This document shows positions 19,216 through 28,711 of a stretch of 64,000 bases of DNA, one piece after another. The DNA lies in assembly GCA_002778465.1 (NCBI GenBank), contig PFBV01000003.1:87736-151735 (forward strand). Direction: 5' to 3'. The notes beneath the pieces were generated by a model, which did no database searches, was not told where the DNA came from, and was given only the letters and a program-made list of their open reading frames with translations. The position numbers and the translations under genes were made by a program. This stretch comes from Candidatus Magasanikbacteria bacterium CG10_big_fil_rev_8_21_14_0_10_36_32. GTDB taxonomy: Bacteria; Patescibacteriota; Patescibacteriia; Magasanikbacterales; GWA2-37-8. The number at the start of each line of letters is the position of its first letter. Positions within the stretch are counted from its first letter, which is position 1.

Positions 19216-21180
19216 GTGAAAAAAAATATTATGTCTACAGATTTTAACACTGAAGAAAAACCTGATTTTTCTTCTCAAACAATTGGCGAAACAAAAACTC
19301 CTGCCACAAAACCAAAACATCGCGTCAAAAATATTTCCGATGATGGACACGGACGAATCAAAACAAATAAAAAACAAAAAATTGACCAGCAAATAACCGC
19401 TATTTACGAAGATGCCAACGGAAAAATTCCAGATATGAAACAAATAGAAATTAAAAAAACGCATCCATTTATCCGTAATTTAACTATTTTTGTTTTAACC
19501 GCCGCAACCATGGCCGTAATCGCTTGGGTTGGTTTTTTTGTTTTACCCACTAATAATAAATTTTCCGAAATAAAATTGGTTTTGAAAATAGAAGGTCCTT
19601 CAGAAATTACCGTCGGCGCCACCACCACCTATTCAATTTCTTTTGCCAACGAACAAGATATTAGATTAAAAAATGCCGTTTTAACAATAACTTATCCTGA
19701 AGGTTTTGTGTTTATAGAAAGTTCAAAACCGGCAAATAATGCCGGACATACCGAATGGATGCTAGATGATTTATTGCCAAATTCCGAAGGTCAAATGACA
19801 ATTACAGGAAAAACATTCGGCACTTTAAATCAAGAATATTCATGGAGCACTTTTCTGACTTATCAACCAGTAAATTTTAATTCTGAAATGCAAAAAATAG
19901 CCACTTTAAAAATTAAAATTTCAGAATCTCCTTTCAGTATTGCTTTGACCGGCCCTGACAAAACTACCGTTGGTGAAAACGCTGAATATTTATTTACTGT
20001 TAAAAATTCTTCCGACTGGTGGCCGGAATCTTTAGAATTAATTCCGTCTTTACCAATTAATTTTTATCCCGCTTCTTCGTCTCCTGCTTTGAACAAAGAT
20101 AAAAAATGGATAATAAAAACAATAAAAAACAGCTCATCCACTTTAGTTGCTCAAACGGAATATAAATTTAAACTAATAGGAAAATTTAGTGATTTTGGTG
20201 GAACAGTAACTGAAAATTTAGTTGCTTTGTCAGCTGAATTATATATACCCGGAGCAGAAAAAAAATTCGCGGTAGCAAATGGGGAAATCAAAAGTGAATT
20301 AATTAAAAATAATTATAATTTCAGTTTAGCCATCAACGGCTCAATGACCGATCTAAACAGTCAGCCGGGTGATACACTAAATATAACCATTTATCTTAAA
20401 AATGACGGACAAGAAACAATAAAAAAAGGTGTACTAAAATTAATTTTAGATTCACCCTCATTAAACAGACGCACCGCTCTTGATTGGACCAATGTCAACG
20501 ATCCGTTAGATGGTCTTATTACCGGCGAACAAATAAATAACAACATCCGACGCGGCACAATTAAATGGACAGAAAAAGATTTGTCGACTTTGTCCAGCAT
20601 TAAACCGGGACAAGAAATAGGCATTGATTTGCAATTACCTATCCGCGACAGCAAAGTTTTTGATTTGGCCGAGTTGGTTGAATACCAAGTGAAAACTTTG
20701 GCTGAGATTAACTTTTTAGACAGTGCTGGAAAAACAAAAAGTCTCTCTGCCAATCCAATCAATATCACTTTAAATTCGGATTTCAAATTTGAATCACGCG
20801 ATAGTCAAACTGTTAAAAACGGAATTGAAAAACGCGACATAACTTGGGTGTTAACTAACACATTCCATCCATTAAAAAACATTGAGCTTTCGGCGGAATT
20901 ATTCGGCGATATCAATTTCTACAGTGCTTCTCCAACTCCGGCCGGCATTTTAAATTACGATCAGGATACTAAAAAAATAATCTGGACAATTGCCGAGATG
21001 CCTCTCAATCTTGATATTTTAGCTCTACCTTTCACAATCACCATTAATACAAAAAATCCTTCACAAAGCGCCTTAATTTCTAAAATTCATATTCGGGCTG
21101 AAGATAGTATTACTGGAAAAACTTTTGATTTTATGAGTGATGAAACTCCGCTGGAATATAATCCGGTTGTTCAACAATAA
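19216..21180 (+). CDS. Surface protein with DUF11/CARDB-like repeats (654 aa), anchored by one TM helix. The track start is GTG at 19216; an ATG at 19231 (MSTDF) is the alternative.
   Basis: TM segment LTIFVLTAATMAVIAWVGFFVL. Repeated blocks resemble DUF11 (ITVGATTTYSISFANEQDIRLKNAVLTITYPEGF; TVGENAEYLFTVKNSSD; GDTLNITIYLKNDGQ). Confidence 0.6.
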   Translation: MKKNIMSTDFNTEEKPDFSSQTIGETKTPATKPKHRVKNISDDGHGRIKTNKKQKIDQQITAIYEDANGKIPDMKQIEIKKTHPFIRNLTIFVLTAATMAVIAWVGFFVLPTNNKFSEIKLVLKIEGPSEITVGATTTYSISFANEQDIRLKNAVLTITYPEGFVFIESSKPANNAGHTEWMLDDLLPNSEGQMTITGKTFGTLNQEYSWSTFLTYQPVNFNSEMQKIATLKIKISESPFSIALTGPDKTTVGENAEYLFTVKNSSDWWPESLELIPSLPINFYPASSSPALNKDKKWIIKTIKNSSSTLVAQTEYKFKLIGKFSDFGGTVTENLVALSAELYIPGAEKKFAVANGEIKSELIKNNYNFSLAINGSMTDLNSQPGDTLNITIYLKNDGQETIKKGVLKLILDSPSLNRRTALDWTNVNDPLDGLITGEQINNNIRRGTIKWTEKDLSTLSSIKPGQEIGIDLQLPIRDSKVFDLAELVEYQVKTLAEINFLDSAGKTKSLSANPINITLNSDFKFESRDSQTVKNGIEKRDITWVLTNTFHPLKNIELSAELFGDINFYSASPTPAGILNYDQDTKKIIWTIAEMPLNLDILALPFTITINTKNPSQSALISKIHIRAEDSITGKTFDFMSDETPLEYNPVVQQ

Positions 21181-21186
21181 AACAAA

Positions 21187-21218
21187 TAAAAAAAACTCCG
21201 ATGTAAAGCCGGAGTTTT
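21187..21218 (+). terminator. Rho-independent terminator.
   Basis: aaactccg-atgtaaagc-cggagttttttt. Confidence 0.6.
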
Positions 21219-21219
21219 T

Positions 21220-22131
21220 TTATTTTATAAATTTTTTAACCAATTTTTCCGCGGATTTTAAATCTTTCACCCATTTAATCTTTTTATCTCTCTTAAACCA
21301 TGCCATCTGTTTTTTAGCATACCGCCGAGTATCTCGTTTAATTAGTTCTACTGCTTCAGTCAAAGTTTTTTCTCCACGCAAATAATAACCTGTTTGTTTA
21401 TAACCCAATCCACTCATAGACGGCAACGACCAAGAATATTTTTTAGCCAATTTTTTAACCTCTTTGATTAATCCATCTTTAATTTGCTCGTCCACTCGGA
21501 CATTGATACGCCGATATAAAATTTCGCGCGGAATTCTAATTCCAATTTGCAAAGCATTAAATAATAATGGAAATTTCTTTTGTTGTGCTATGAATGAACC
21601 TTTGCTTTGCAAAAACACTTCCAAAGCACGGATTACCCGGCGCGGATTTTTCAAATCAATTTTTTCTGCCGACAACGGATCAACCTTTTTTAACATTTTT
21701 ACCAAATCCAATAAACTTTTTTTCTCTAATTTTTTACGTAACTTGGCATCTGGTGCCACCGTTGGAATATCCAAATTATCTACAATCGCCCAAATATATA
21801 AACCTGTACCGCCGACAATAATCGGCAATTTTTTTCTTTTTAAAATATCATTTATTTTTTCCATCGCTATTTTTTTAAAATGTGCTAAAGTAAATTCTTC
21901 ATCCGGTTTTACAATATCCATTAAATGGTGGGTAATACCCCGCACCAAATATCCTTTTCGTTTAGCATCACAAGGTTCTTTTGCTGTTCCAATATTCATT
22001 TCTTTATAAACCTGACGCGAATCAGCATTAATAATTTCACCATTAAATTTTTTTGCCAATTTCAAACTCAAAGCTGTCTTTCCTGACGCCGTCGGTCCAA
22101 GTATAATAATAATTTTTGGTAATTTAGACAT
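21220..22131 (-). CDS. miaA: tRNA dimethylallyltransferase (isopentenyl-transferase).
   Basis: IIIILGPTASGKTALSLKLAKKFNGEIINADSRQVY (P-loop / IPPT motif), 303 aa. Confidence 0.9.
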   Translation of the reverse strand: MSKLPKIIIILGPTASGKTALSLKLAKKFNGEIINADSRQVYKEMNIGTAKEPCDAKRKGYLVRGITHHLMDIVKPDEEFTLAHFKKIAMEKINDILKRKKLPIIVGGTGLYIWAIVDNLDIPTVAPDAKLRKKLEKKSLLDLVKMLKKVDPLSAEKIDLKNPRRVIRALEVFLQSKGSFIAQQKKFPLLFNALQIGIRIPREILYRRINVRVDEQIKDGLIKEVKKLAKKYSWSLPSMSGLGYKQTGYYLRGEKTLTEAVELIKRDTRRYAKKQMAWFKRDKKIKWVKDLKSAEKLVKKFIK

Positions 22132-22226
22132 AGATTAAGCCAATTCATAATATATGAAATTATGACAAGAGTCAAAAATAAAAACCCCGCAATAGCACGG
22201 GGTCAATGAACTTTTACTTAAATTGG

Positions 22227-22532
22227 CTAATCGCCACGATGAATACTGATTAAAACTTCCGGTGTGCCATGACAATTTTTATGAACAATTCCGCTCATAC
22301 CACACCAAATAGCGATATTATCGGGATTATCGGTCTTCAACTTATATTCTCTATACTCATGCGGTTGCCACACCCAGATACGCTTTTCGCAAAGACGACA
22401 AGAAGTGACCGCCGGCCAAAGATGAATATTTTGGTCATGATGCATAAAAATTAAATTTATGACCAAAACCATAATAAATATTGCCAATGCAGCAATAGGG
22501 ACAAACACGAATATTGCAAGCAAAAATTCCAT
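22227..22532 (-). CDS. Small membrane protein with a Cys/His cluster (hypothetical).
   Basis: An N-terminal TM helix is followed by CRLCEK...HKNCHG. It has its own terminator (22181-22207) and a TTGACA-17-TATATA promoter at about 22603-22631. Confidence 0.45.
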   Translation of the reverse strand: MEFLLAIFVFVPIAALAIFIMVLVINLIFMHHDQNIHLWPAVTSCRLCEKRIWVWQPHEYREYKLKTDNPDNIAIWCGMSGIVHKNCHGTPEVLISIHRGD

Positions 22533-22596
22533 TTTTTTCTCCTTTTTAGAGATATGGTCAAACCACTTTGTTAAAAAGAACCTTTTTATATATATC

Positions 22597-23937
22597 TTAT
22601 TTTGACGATTTTGTCAAACATCCTTTTAATAACCATAAATCCGGCTGAGTAATTTTTACTTTAACTATTTTATTGATTAAATCCGGCTGGCCAAAAAATT
22701 GAACCAATTTCATTTCACGTGAATTGCCGGAACAAATACCTTTGTCGCATTTTTCAACCATTACTTCAACAATTTTATTCAAATATTTTTGATTTTTTCT
22801 AAAAGTTATTTTTTCCATCAATTCTTGCAATTCGTGCCAGCGACGCTTTTTTTCAATTTGTGAAACACTATCTTTAAAATCTAAAACACCTGCTTTGGCG
22901 GCTTTAACGGCTGCGGTACCGCTGCGCTCGGAATAAATCGCCGTATAAGCAATGTCAAAATCACATTTTTTATAAAAATCAAGAGTATTCTTAAATTGTT
23001 TTTTTGTTTCACCGCAAAAACCAACTATTAAATCCGTACCTAAAGCAATATCCGGCTTGGCAACGCGAATTTTTTTAATCAATTCAATATATTGCTCTCG
23101 TGTATATTTACGATTCATTTTTCTTAAAATATTATTATCCCCACTTTGTGCTGGCAAATGTAAATAATTCAACTGATTAGATAACTTTAATGCCTTAATT
23201 TGCGCAAAATTAAAATACTGTGGATCAGAAGCAGTAAAATTAATGCGCTCAATTTTTTTTATTTGATTTAATTCCCATAACAAAGCGGCAAAATCATCTT
23301 TTGTTTTAAACGGATTTTTTAAGTTGAATTTTTTTCCGTCTGGTGCAATATAATGATTTACCACTTGTCCAAGTAAAGTTATTTCTTTACAGCCGTTTTT
23401 TGCTAATTTCTTAACCTCCTTTAAAATATCTTTGACCGAACGATTACGTTCCCGCCCACGGGAATACGGCACAACGCAATAAGCACAAAAATTATTACAG
23501 CCTGTTTGTATTGTTACAAAAGCCTGTGCTGATTTTTTTTGTAATGGAGAAATTGATAAATAATCTTTTTGTATTTTAAAATTCAATTCACCCAACCATT
23601 TGGGTAACACCGGTAATTCATCAATGGCAAACCATAAATCTACTCCTTTTATTTTTCTTTTAATTATACCGTCTTCATCTCGTCCGGGCATACATCCTGT
23701 TACGGCAATAATCAAATTTTTATTTTTTTGACGATACCGTTGCCAATTTTTTATTAAACCAAAAGTTTTATCCTCAGAAGCTTGCCGCACACTACAAGTG
23801 TTTAAAATAATAATATCAGCCTGAGTCGGATGTTCGGTCATCTTATAATTTAAAGAATTTAAAAGACCGGCAATCCTTTCTGAATCGCTTTTATTCATCT
23901 GACAACCCAAAGTAACAAGGTGATATTTTTTAATCAT
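22597..23937 (-). CDS. miaB: tRNA-i6A37 methylthiotransferase (radical SAM MTTase).
   Basis: YHLVTLGCQMNKSDSERIAG (MTTase N-terminal domain) and the CNNFCAYCVVP radical SAM CxxxCxxC. It is adjacent to miaA. Promoter TTGTCA-17-TAGAAT at about 23954-23982. Confidence 0.85.
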   Translation of the reverse strand: MIKKYHLVTLGCQMNKSDSERIAGLLNSLNYKMTEHPTQADIIILNTCSVRQASEDKTFGLIKNWQRYRQKNKNLIIAVTGCMPGRDEDGIIKRKIKGVDLWFAIDELPVLPKWLGELNFKIQKDYLSISPLQKKSAQAFVTIQTGCNNFCAYCVVPYSRGRERNRSVKDILKEVKKLAKNGCKEITLLGQVVNHYIAPDGKKFNLKNPFKTKDDFAALLWELNQIKKIERINFTASDPQYFNFAQIKALKLSNQLNYLHLPAQSGDNNILRKMNRKYTREQYIELIKKIRVAKPDIALGTDLIVGFCGETKKQFKNTLDFYKKCDFDIAYTAIYSERSGTAAVKAAKAGVLDFKDSVSQIEKKRRWHELQELMEKITFRKNQKYLNKIVEVMVEKCDKGICSGNSREMKLVQFFGQPDLINKIVKVKITQPDLWLLKGCLTKSSK

Positions 23938-24048
23938 AGTTTACGTTTCATTCTAATCATTTTTTGTTAATTTGACAACCCCCCTTATCAATTATAAAAG
24001 AAAAACCCTCAGCGGTTGCTGAGGGTCTAAAGGGCGAGAAAAGAACAA

Positions 24049-24711
24049 TTACGGCTGCTTGATACAGTCATAAACAGCGCAGAAGGCTTTAATGTCCAAC
24101 TTAGTCAAAAAAGGCGAGGTCTGACCGGCAACATCTTTCGGCGAACCTTCCGGATACATCACTGGCGGTTCATCGTTTGAATTCAAAAAATTAATATGCT
24201 GAAGCGCAATCCAGTGACCGAATTCGTGAACGACTACGTAATACAGAAAATGGAGATATTCAGCTTGTGTTCTGCTTTCATCATCAACCGAAGGCGCGAT
24301 GCTGAAATCAAAGAGTAGAATATCTTCCTGCACGCCAAAGCCGAGAATGGAAGCATCCGTACCTTCATACTTTCCTGTAATGTAGGTTGAATAGAGGTAG
24401 TCGTACCACTCGTCCCGCTCATCCACGTTGTAGACGACATTGTTGCCGTCATCCAGATTTTCCATCGGGGAAAAACCGTCCTTGGCGTAGCGTCCTCGGT
24501 AGATGATGATGTCGTAACCGAGATATTCACGACCAATCTGATTCCATTCCTCCGCCGCGTTCAGAATAGCTTGCTCTTGCGCTTCGGAAAAAGTATCGTC
24601 AATCATGAAATCTTTTGGAAGATCTTCAGCCAACATCTGACAAGAGGACAGGCTGATAAGGAGGCAGGCGGAAACGAACAGAATTACCAGACGCGAGAAA
24701 AACCGATCCAT
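24049..24711 (-). CDS. Lipoprotein zinc metalloprotease (metzincin-like HExxHxxxxxH).
   Basis: Signal peptide with lipobox LISLSSC and active site VVVHEFGHWIALQH. It lies in a GC-rich island. Confidence 0.65.
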   Translation of the reverse strand: MDRFFSRLVILFVSACLLISLSSCQMLAEDLPKDFMIDDTFSEAQEQAILNAAEEWNQIGREYLGYDIIIYRGRYAKDGFSPMENLDDGNNVVYNVDERDEWYDYLYSTYITGKYEGTDASILGFGVQEDILLFDFSIAPSVDDESRTQAEYLHFLYYVVVHEFGHWIALQHINFLNSNDEPPVMYPEGSPKDVAGQTSPFLTKLDIKAFCAVYDCIKQP

Positions 24712-25277
24712 ATCTGACCTCCTTTCAATGCTTCATCGTACATTGGACGAGCGAAATCACCGTAATGCCTAAACGTAGTAATCGGCGGTGGCATAAAAAC
24801 TCTCCAATCCAATGTCATAGACACTGTCTTGGTCAGCTTTACTTCAGCACCTACTCCGAAGACTATGTCAATCTTCCGCTCCAAACGGGCAACGGAAACA
24901 GGCACAGTGAGGTTGCCGAACATCCCGAAATCGCCGATGTGCAGACGCACCCGATCGGTATGGACAATATCCAAACCGAGAGCGACTCCGACTCCGTAGG
25001 GAAATACCGCGCTGACTTCCAGAACGAGGGGGGTGTACTTGGGCAGGCGGAAACGGACGGCGACATGACCGGTGAAAGAAGCGGTGCTGGAAGCGCCGTA
25101 CAGACTATCATACGCTTCCATCCACGGCGCGCCTCCGAGGCCGAGATTGAACTGGCACTCGAAGGTCTCCTGACCGGACACTTCGCTTTCAGAACCATCA
25201 TCTGCTGTTGCGACGGTGGCTAGCGCCATTCCGAAGCAAACGACCGCAACCATCAAAAACACCTTATACATCTTCAT
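24684..25277 (-). CDS. Outer-membrane-protein-like small beta-barrel (OmpW/OmpA-like porin family).
   Basis: Signal peptide MKMYKVFLMVAVVCFGMALATVATA, alternating hydrophobic beta-strand pattern, C-terminal aromatic residue (…WIGFSRVW) typical of OMP beta-barrels. It overlaps the downstream metzincin gene by 28 nt. A perfect TTGACA-17-TATAAT promoter on the minus strand is at about 25408-25436. Confidence 0.55.
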   Translation of the reverse strand: MKMYKVFLMVAVVCFGMALATVATADDGSESEVSGQETFECQFNLGLGGAPWMEAYDSLYGASSTASFTGHVAVRFRLPKYTPLVLEVSAVFPYGVGVALGLDIVHTDRVRLHIGDFGMFGNLTVPVSVARLERKIDIVFGVGAEVKLTKTVSMTLDWRVFMPPPITTFRHYGDFARPMYDEALKGGQIWIGFSRVW

Positions 25278-25486
25278 TTTTTAACTCCTTCTGTGTGTAC
25301 CTATTCATTTTAATGAACAGGTTTTGGTTTTCAAAGAACAGATTATTGTAAGCGAAACTTGAAATTACGGCGTTGCTCCTATAAAGAAAACGTAGTTTTC
25401 CTTTATTCGCAACTTTTAATTATAGCACATTTTGATGGTTTTGTCAATAGATTAATTTGGCTAAAATAAGCTAAATTTAATATTTT

Positions 25487-25515
25487 AAAAAGCCCAAATT
25501 TGGGCTTTTTAAAAT
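25487..25515. terminator. Bidirectional terminator.
   Basis: aaaaagcccaaatttgggcttttt. Confidence 0.6.
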
Positions 25516-25546
25516 TTACTTAATCTGTTTATTTTTTAATCTATGT

Positions 25547-27325
25547 TCATTTTCTTTCTTTAATTTCCTCTAAAACTCTATCTGTGAAATCGGATTGCGA
25601 TATTTTTTCCTGTTTTTCCTGCCCTCTGATTCTAATCATCCAATCTTCACCGGCTAACTCTTTATCACCCACTACCACAATGTAAGGAATTTTTTTTGCC
25701 ACCGCTTTACGAACACGATTACCCAAAGTCTCGTTAGCCGCATCCATTTCCACCCGGATACCGGCATTAAGCATATTTTTATTTATTTTCTCCGCACCAA
25801 CCGCATGTTTTTCTGAAACCGGAATTAACATAACTTGAACCGGTGACAACCAAACCGGAAACGCGCCGGCATAATGTTCAATCAAAATGCCAAAAAATCT
25901 TTCCATAGAACCATAGATTACTCTATGTATCATTACGGGGCGCTTCTCCTGTCCACTATCATCAACGTAAGTTAAATTAAATCTCTCGGGTAAATTCATA
26001 TCCAATTGAATTGTGCCGCATTGCCATGTTCGTCCAATAGCATCCTGAATATGAAAATCAATCTTCGGACCATAAAATGCTCCATCACCCTCATTAATTT
26101 TATATTCTTTACCAAATTCATCTAAGGCGCCTTTCAAACCAGCCGTCGCCAGTTCCCACGCTTCATCCGTACCAATTGATTTTTTCGGCCGAGTGGATAA
26201 TTCCAGCCGATAAGTTAAGCCAAATTTAGTATAAATTTCCTCAGCCAAACGAATCACGCCAATAATTTCTTCTTTAATCTGATCAGTTCGCATAAAAATA
26301 TGGGCATCATCTTGATGAAAACAACGTACTCTAAACAAACCGGATAAAGTGCCTGACAATTCATGCCTATGAACTAAACCGATTTCTCCCCAACGCAGCG
26401 GTAATTCGCGATAGGAATGAATCTCTTCTTTATAAACCAACATACCGCCCGGACAATTCATTGGCTTAATCGCATATTCCATTTCATCAATTTTAGTTTC
26501 ATACATATTTTCCCTATAATTTTCCCAATGTCCGGATGTCTCCCAAAGTTTGCGATTAAGCATAATCGGAGTTTTAACTTCGTCATATCCCGCTTGAACA
26601 TGCGTCTTGTGCCAATAATTCAACAACTCATTCCAAATTATCATTCCTTTGGGCTTAAAAAAAGCAAAACCCGGCCCCTCATCATGAAAACTGAATAATT
26701 CCAATTCCTTGCCCAATTTCCTATGATCTCTTTTCTCCGCTTCAGCCAACATTTTCAGATATTCATCCAATTCGGCTTGCGATTCAAAACAAACACCGTA
26801 AATTCTTTGCAGTTGCGGATTATCACTTTTTCCACGCCAATAAGCGCCGGCTAATTTTGTTAATTTAAAAGCGCCGATTTCTTGAACTGATTCTAAATGC
26901 GGCCCACGACACAAATCAACAAACTCTCCAGTGCGGTAAATTGTCACCTTGTCCAATGAACCAGCTAAATCTTTCATTTCTTCTTCTTCTTTTTCTTTAA
27001 CCTTGGTCGTGCCTTTCTTTTTTAAATCTTTCAACAATTCAACTTTGTAGTCTTGTCCAATTTTTTTGAAAAACTTAACTGCTTCATCTAATTTCATTTC
27101 TTCACATTCAAATTTCACACCTTTTTTCATTAATCCTTTGGCTCTAGCTTCTATTTTTGCCAAATCCGCTTCGCCTATCGGTTTAGAAAAATCTATATCA
27201 TAGTAAAAACCATTTTCCACCGTTGGTCCAATTCCAAATTTTGCATCAGGATATAATTCCTGAACCGCCGCCGCCACCAAATGTGCGCAACTATGCCGCA
27301 TCATTTCTATGTTTACCTTAGACAT
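25547..27325 (-). CDS. thrS: Threonyl-tRNA synthetase.
   Basis: 592 aa with TGS/editing and class II core regions. The HxxxH...CAH editing motif (HSCAHLVAAA) and motifs 2 and 3 are recognisable. Confidence 0.9.
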   Translation of the reverse strand: MSKVNIEMMRHSCAHLVAAAVQELYPDAKFGIGPTVENGFYYDIDFSKPIGEADLAKIEARAKGLMKKGVKFECEEMKLDEAVKFFKKIGQDYKVELLKDLKKKGTTKVKEKEEEEMKDLAGSLDKVTIYRTGEFVDLCRGPHLESVQEIGAFKLTKLAGAYWRGKSDNPQLQRIYGVCFESQAELDEYLKMLAEAEKRDHRKLGKELELFSFHDEGPGFAFFKPKGMIIWNELLNYWHKTHVQAGYDEVKTPIMLNRKLWETSGHWENYRENMYETKIDEMEYAIKPMNCPGGMLVYKEEIHSYRELPLRWGEIGLVHRHELSGTLSGLFRVRCFHQDDAHIFMRTDQIKEEIIGVIRLAEEIYTKFGLTYRLELSTRPKKSIGTDEAWELATAGLKGALDEFGKEYKINEGDGAFYGPKIDFHIQDAIGRTWQCGTIQLDMNLPERFNLTYVDDSGQEKRPVMIHRVIYGSMERFFGILIEHYAGAFPVWLSPVQVMLIPVSEKHAVGAEKINKNMLNAGIRVEMDAANETLGNRVRKAVAKKIPYIVVVGDKELAGEDWMIRIRGQEKQEKISQSDFTDRVLEEIKERK

Positions 27326-27361
27326 ATAATTATTATGAAATTATTAATAATTAATTAAAAA

Positions 27362-27548
27362 AATAAAAACCGATATCTAAATAGATATCGGGGTCCTTTC
27401 TTCCGGTAAGCTTAGACAGCTTGCCGGGCCGAAGCTCCAAAGGAGCGAAGGACGGTTCCACCCGAATTTTTTACTCATAAATTTGTATAATACTCCGAGA
27501 GTGGTACCATGCCTTTTTGGCTGGGCTGGTTCTCGTACAATCGTATCT
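27362..27548 (-). promoter_or_regulatory. T-box riboswitch leader (Thr specifier ACC) with terminator, upstream of thrS.
   Basis: The minus-strand RNA contains AAUUCGGGUGGAACCGUCC (T-box consensus AAUUAGGGUGGNACCGCG). A stem I segment contains GGUACCACUC (ACC + A). The terminator CCGAUAUCUAUUUAGAUAUCGG+U-run ends 35 nt before the thrS ATG. The ORF 27377..27595 from the track lies within this leader and is not coding. Confidence 0.6.
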
Positions 27549-27554
27549 TTTTTA

Positions 27555-27583
27555 ATTATAATTTTTTCTAAAACAAATGTCAA
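27555..27583 (-). promoter_or_regulatory. Promoter of the thrS T-box leader (TTGACA-17-TATAAT).
   Basis: rc of tgtcaa at 27578-27583 and of attata at 27555-27560, with a 17-nt spacer. Confidence 0.6.
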
Positions 27584-27745
27584 TACCTTTTTCAATTAAT
27601 TAAAATTTAAATTAATTCAATAAAAAAAGTAAAAAATAATGTGGATAACTGTTTTTTCTTTTTACTTGGTCAAAAACAGCCATTTGTGATATAATATAGT
27701 ATAGACGAGATAAAAATAAAAAGTAATAATTCACTAATTTAATCT

Positions 27746-28708
27746 ATGTCAGAGCCCACTTATCGCCAGGCGTTATTTCAGGCTTGGCGTTTGGTTTGGC
27801 ACAATAAAATCTTGTGGATTTTTGGTCTTTTATCCATGTTATTCGCCGGTTCTTTTGGCGCGGATAATTTTATTGGAAAATTACTGACCGCCCTATCCGA
27901 TGGAAAAGCCACTTTTTTGGCAAATTTTAAACTACGTTCTTTCCTAAATTTCACTCCAATTAATGCTATTGGTTTGGTTTGGTTGGCTGGTATTATGATA
28001 GCGATTGGTTTATTTATTATTTTTGTATCTATTTGTTCGCGCGCTTCCCTATTAATCGCCACTGCTGAATTCTATCGCCATAAAATAATCCCAAAATTTT
28101 CTTTGATTTGGCACAGTAGTATAAAATATTTTTGGCAAATTTTATCAATTGAAATGATAAAAAAAATTTTATTGATAACAATCCTCATAATTTTTACCGC
28201 CATCTGGCAACAACTTCCTAATTTAAATTCTTTATGGCAAACTCCGCTGGCTTTTCTAATTCTGGGTGTAATAATTTGTCTGTCTTTAATAATTATTTCA
28301 GTGGCAATTTATGCTTCCGGATATGCGGTTATTGATAAAAAATCTTTACTCACCAGCATAACCAGCGGTTGGAAATTATTTAGACGCCATATTTTAGTAT
28401 CGTTAGAAATCAGTTTAATTTTATTATTGATTGATTTATTAGTTTTGTTTTTACTCTTAGGAGTTTTCTCTGTTGCTTTCGTCCCCTCTTTGCTTATTTG
28501 GATAGTAGCGGCCACTGTGGGCAATTATGTCATGGCCACTATTGGATTTTTGCTTGGTTTATTTATTTTAGTAATTTTAATTGCTTTTGTCGGCGCGATC
28601 TATAATACTTTCACCACTAGCGTGTGGATGTATATGTTTATGAAAATGCACCATGAAAATATCTTCAGCCGAATATTTCATCATGTGGGCAATTTTTTCA
28701 AGAAATAA
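27746..28708 (+). CDS. Polytopic membrane protein (hypothetical).
   Basis: 320 aa with about 6 hydrophobic helices. It ends 3 nt before pilB. Confidence 0.5.
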   Translation: MSEPTYRQALFQAWRLVWHNKILWIFGLLSMLFAGSFGADNFIGKLLTALSDGKATFLANFKLRSFLNFTPINAIGLVWLAGIMIAIGLFIIFVSICSRASLLIATAEFYRHKIIPKFSLIWHSSIKYFWQILSIEMIKKILLITILIIFTAIWQQLPNLNSLWQTPLAFLILGVIICLSLIIISVAIYASGYAVIDKKSLLTSITSGWKLFRRHILVSLEISLILLLIDLLVLFLLLGVFSVAFVPSLLIWIVAATVGNYVMATIGFLLGLFILVILIAFVGAIYNTFTTSVWMYMFMKMHHENIFSRIFHHVGNFFKK

Positions 28709-28711
28709 ATT

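Noticed and set aside
24234-25223. Three extra overlapping ORFs (24234..24536 -, 24765..25223 +, 24863..25201 -) in the island.
   Set aside because: Long stop-free frames are expected in locally GC-rich DNA. The signal-peptide-bearing frames 24049..24711 and 24684..25277 are the biologically coherent ones.
27377-27595. 72-aa minus-strand ORF upstream of thrS.
   Set aside because: The region is a T-box leader RNA (T-box consensus, specifier, terminator). The ORF is a by-product of the structured RNA sequence.
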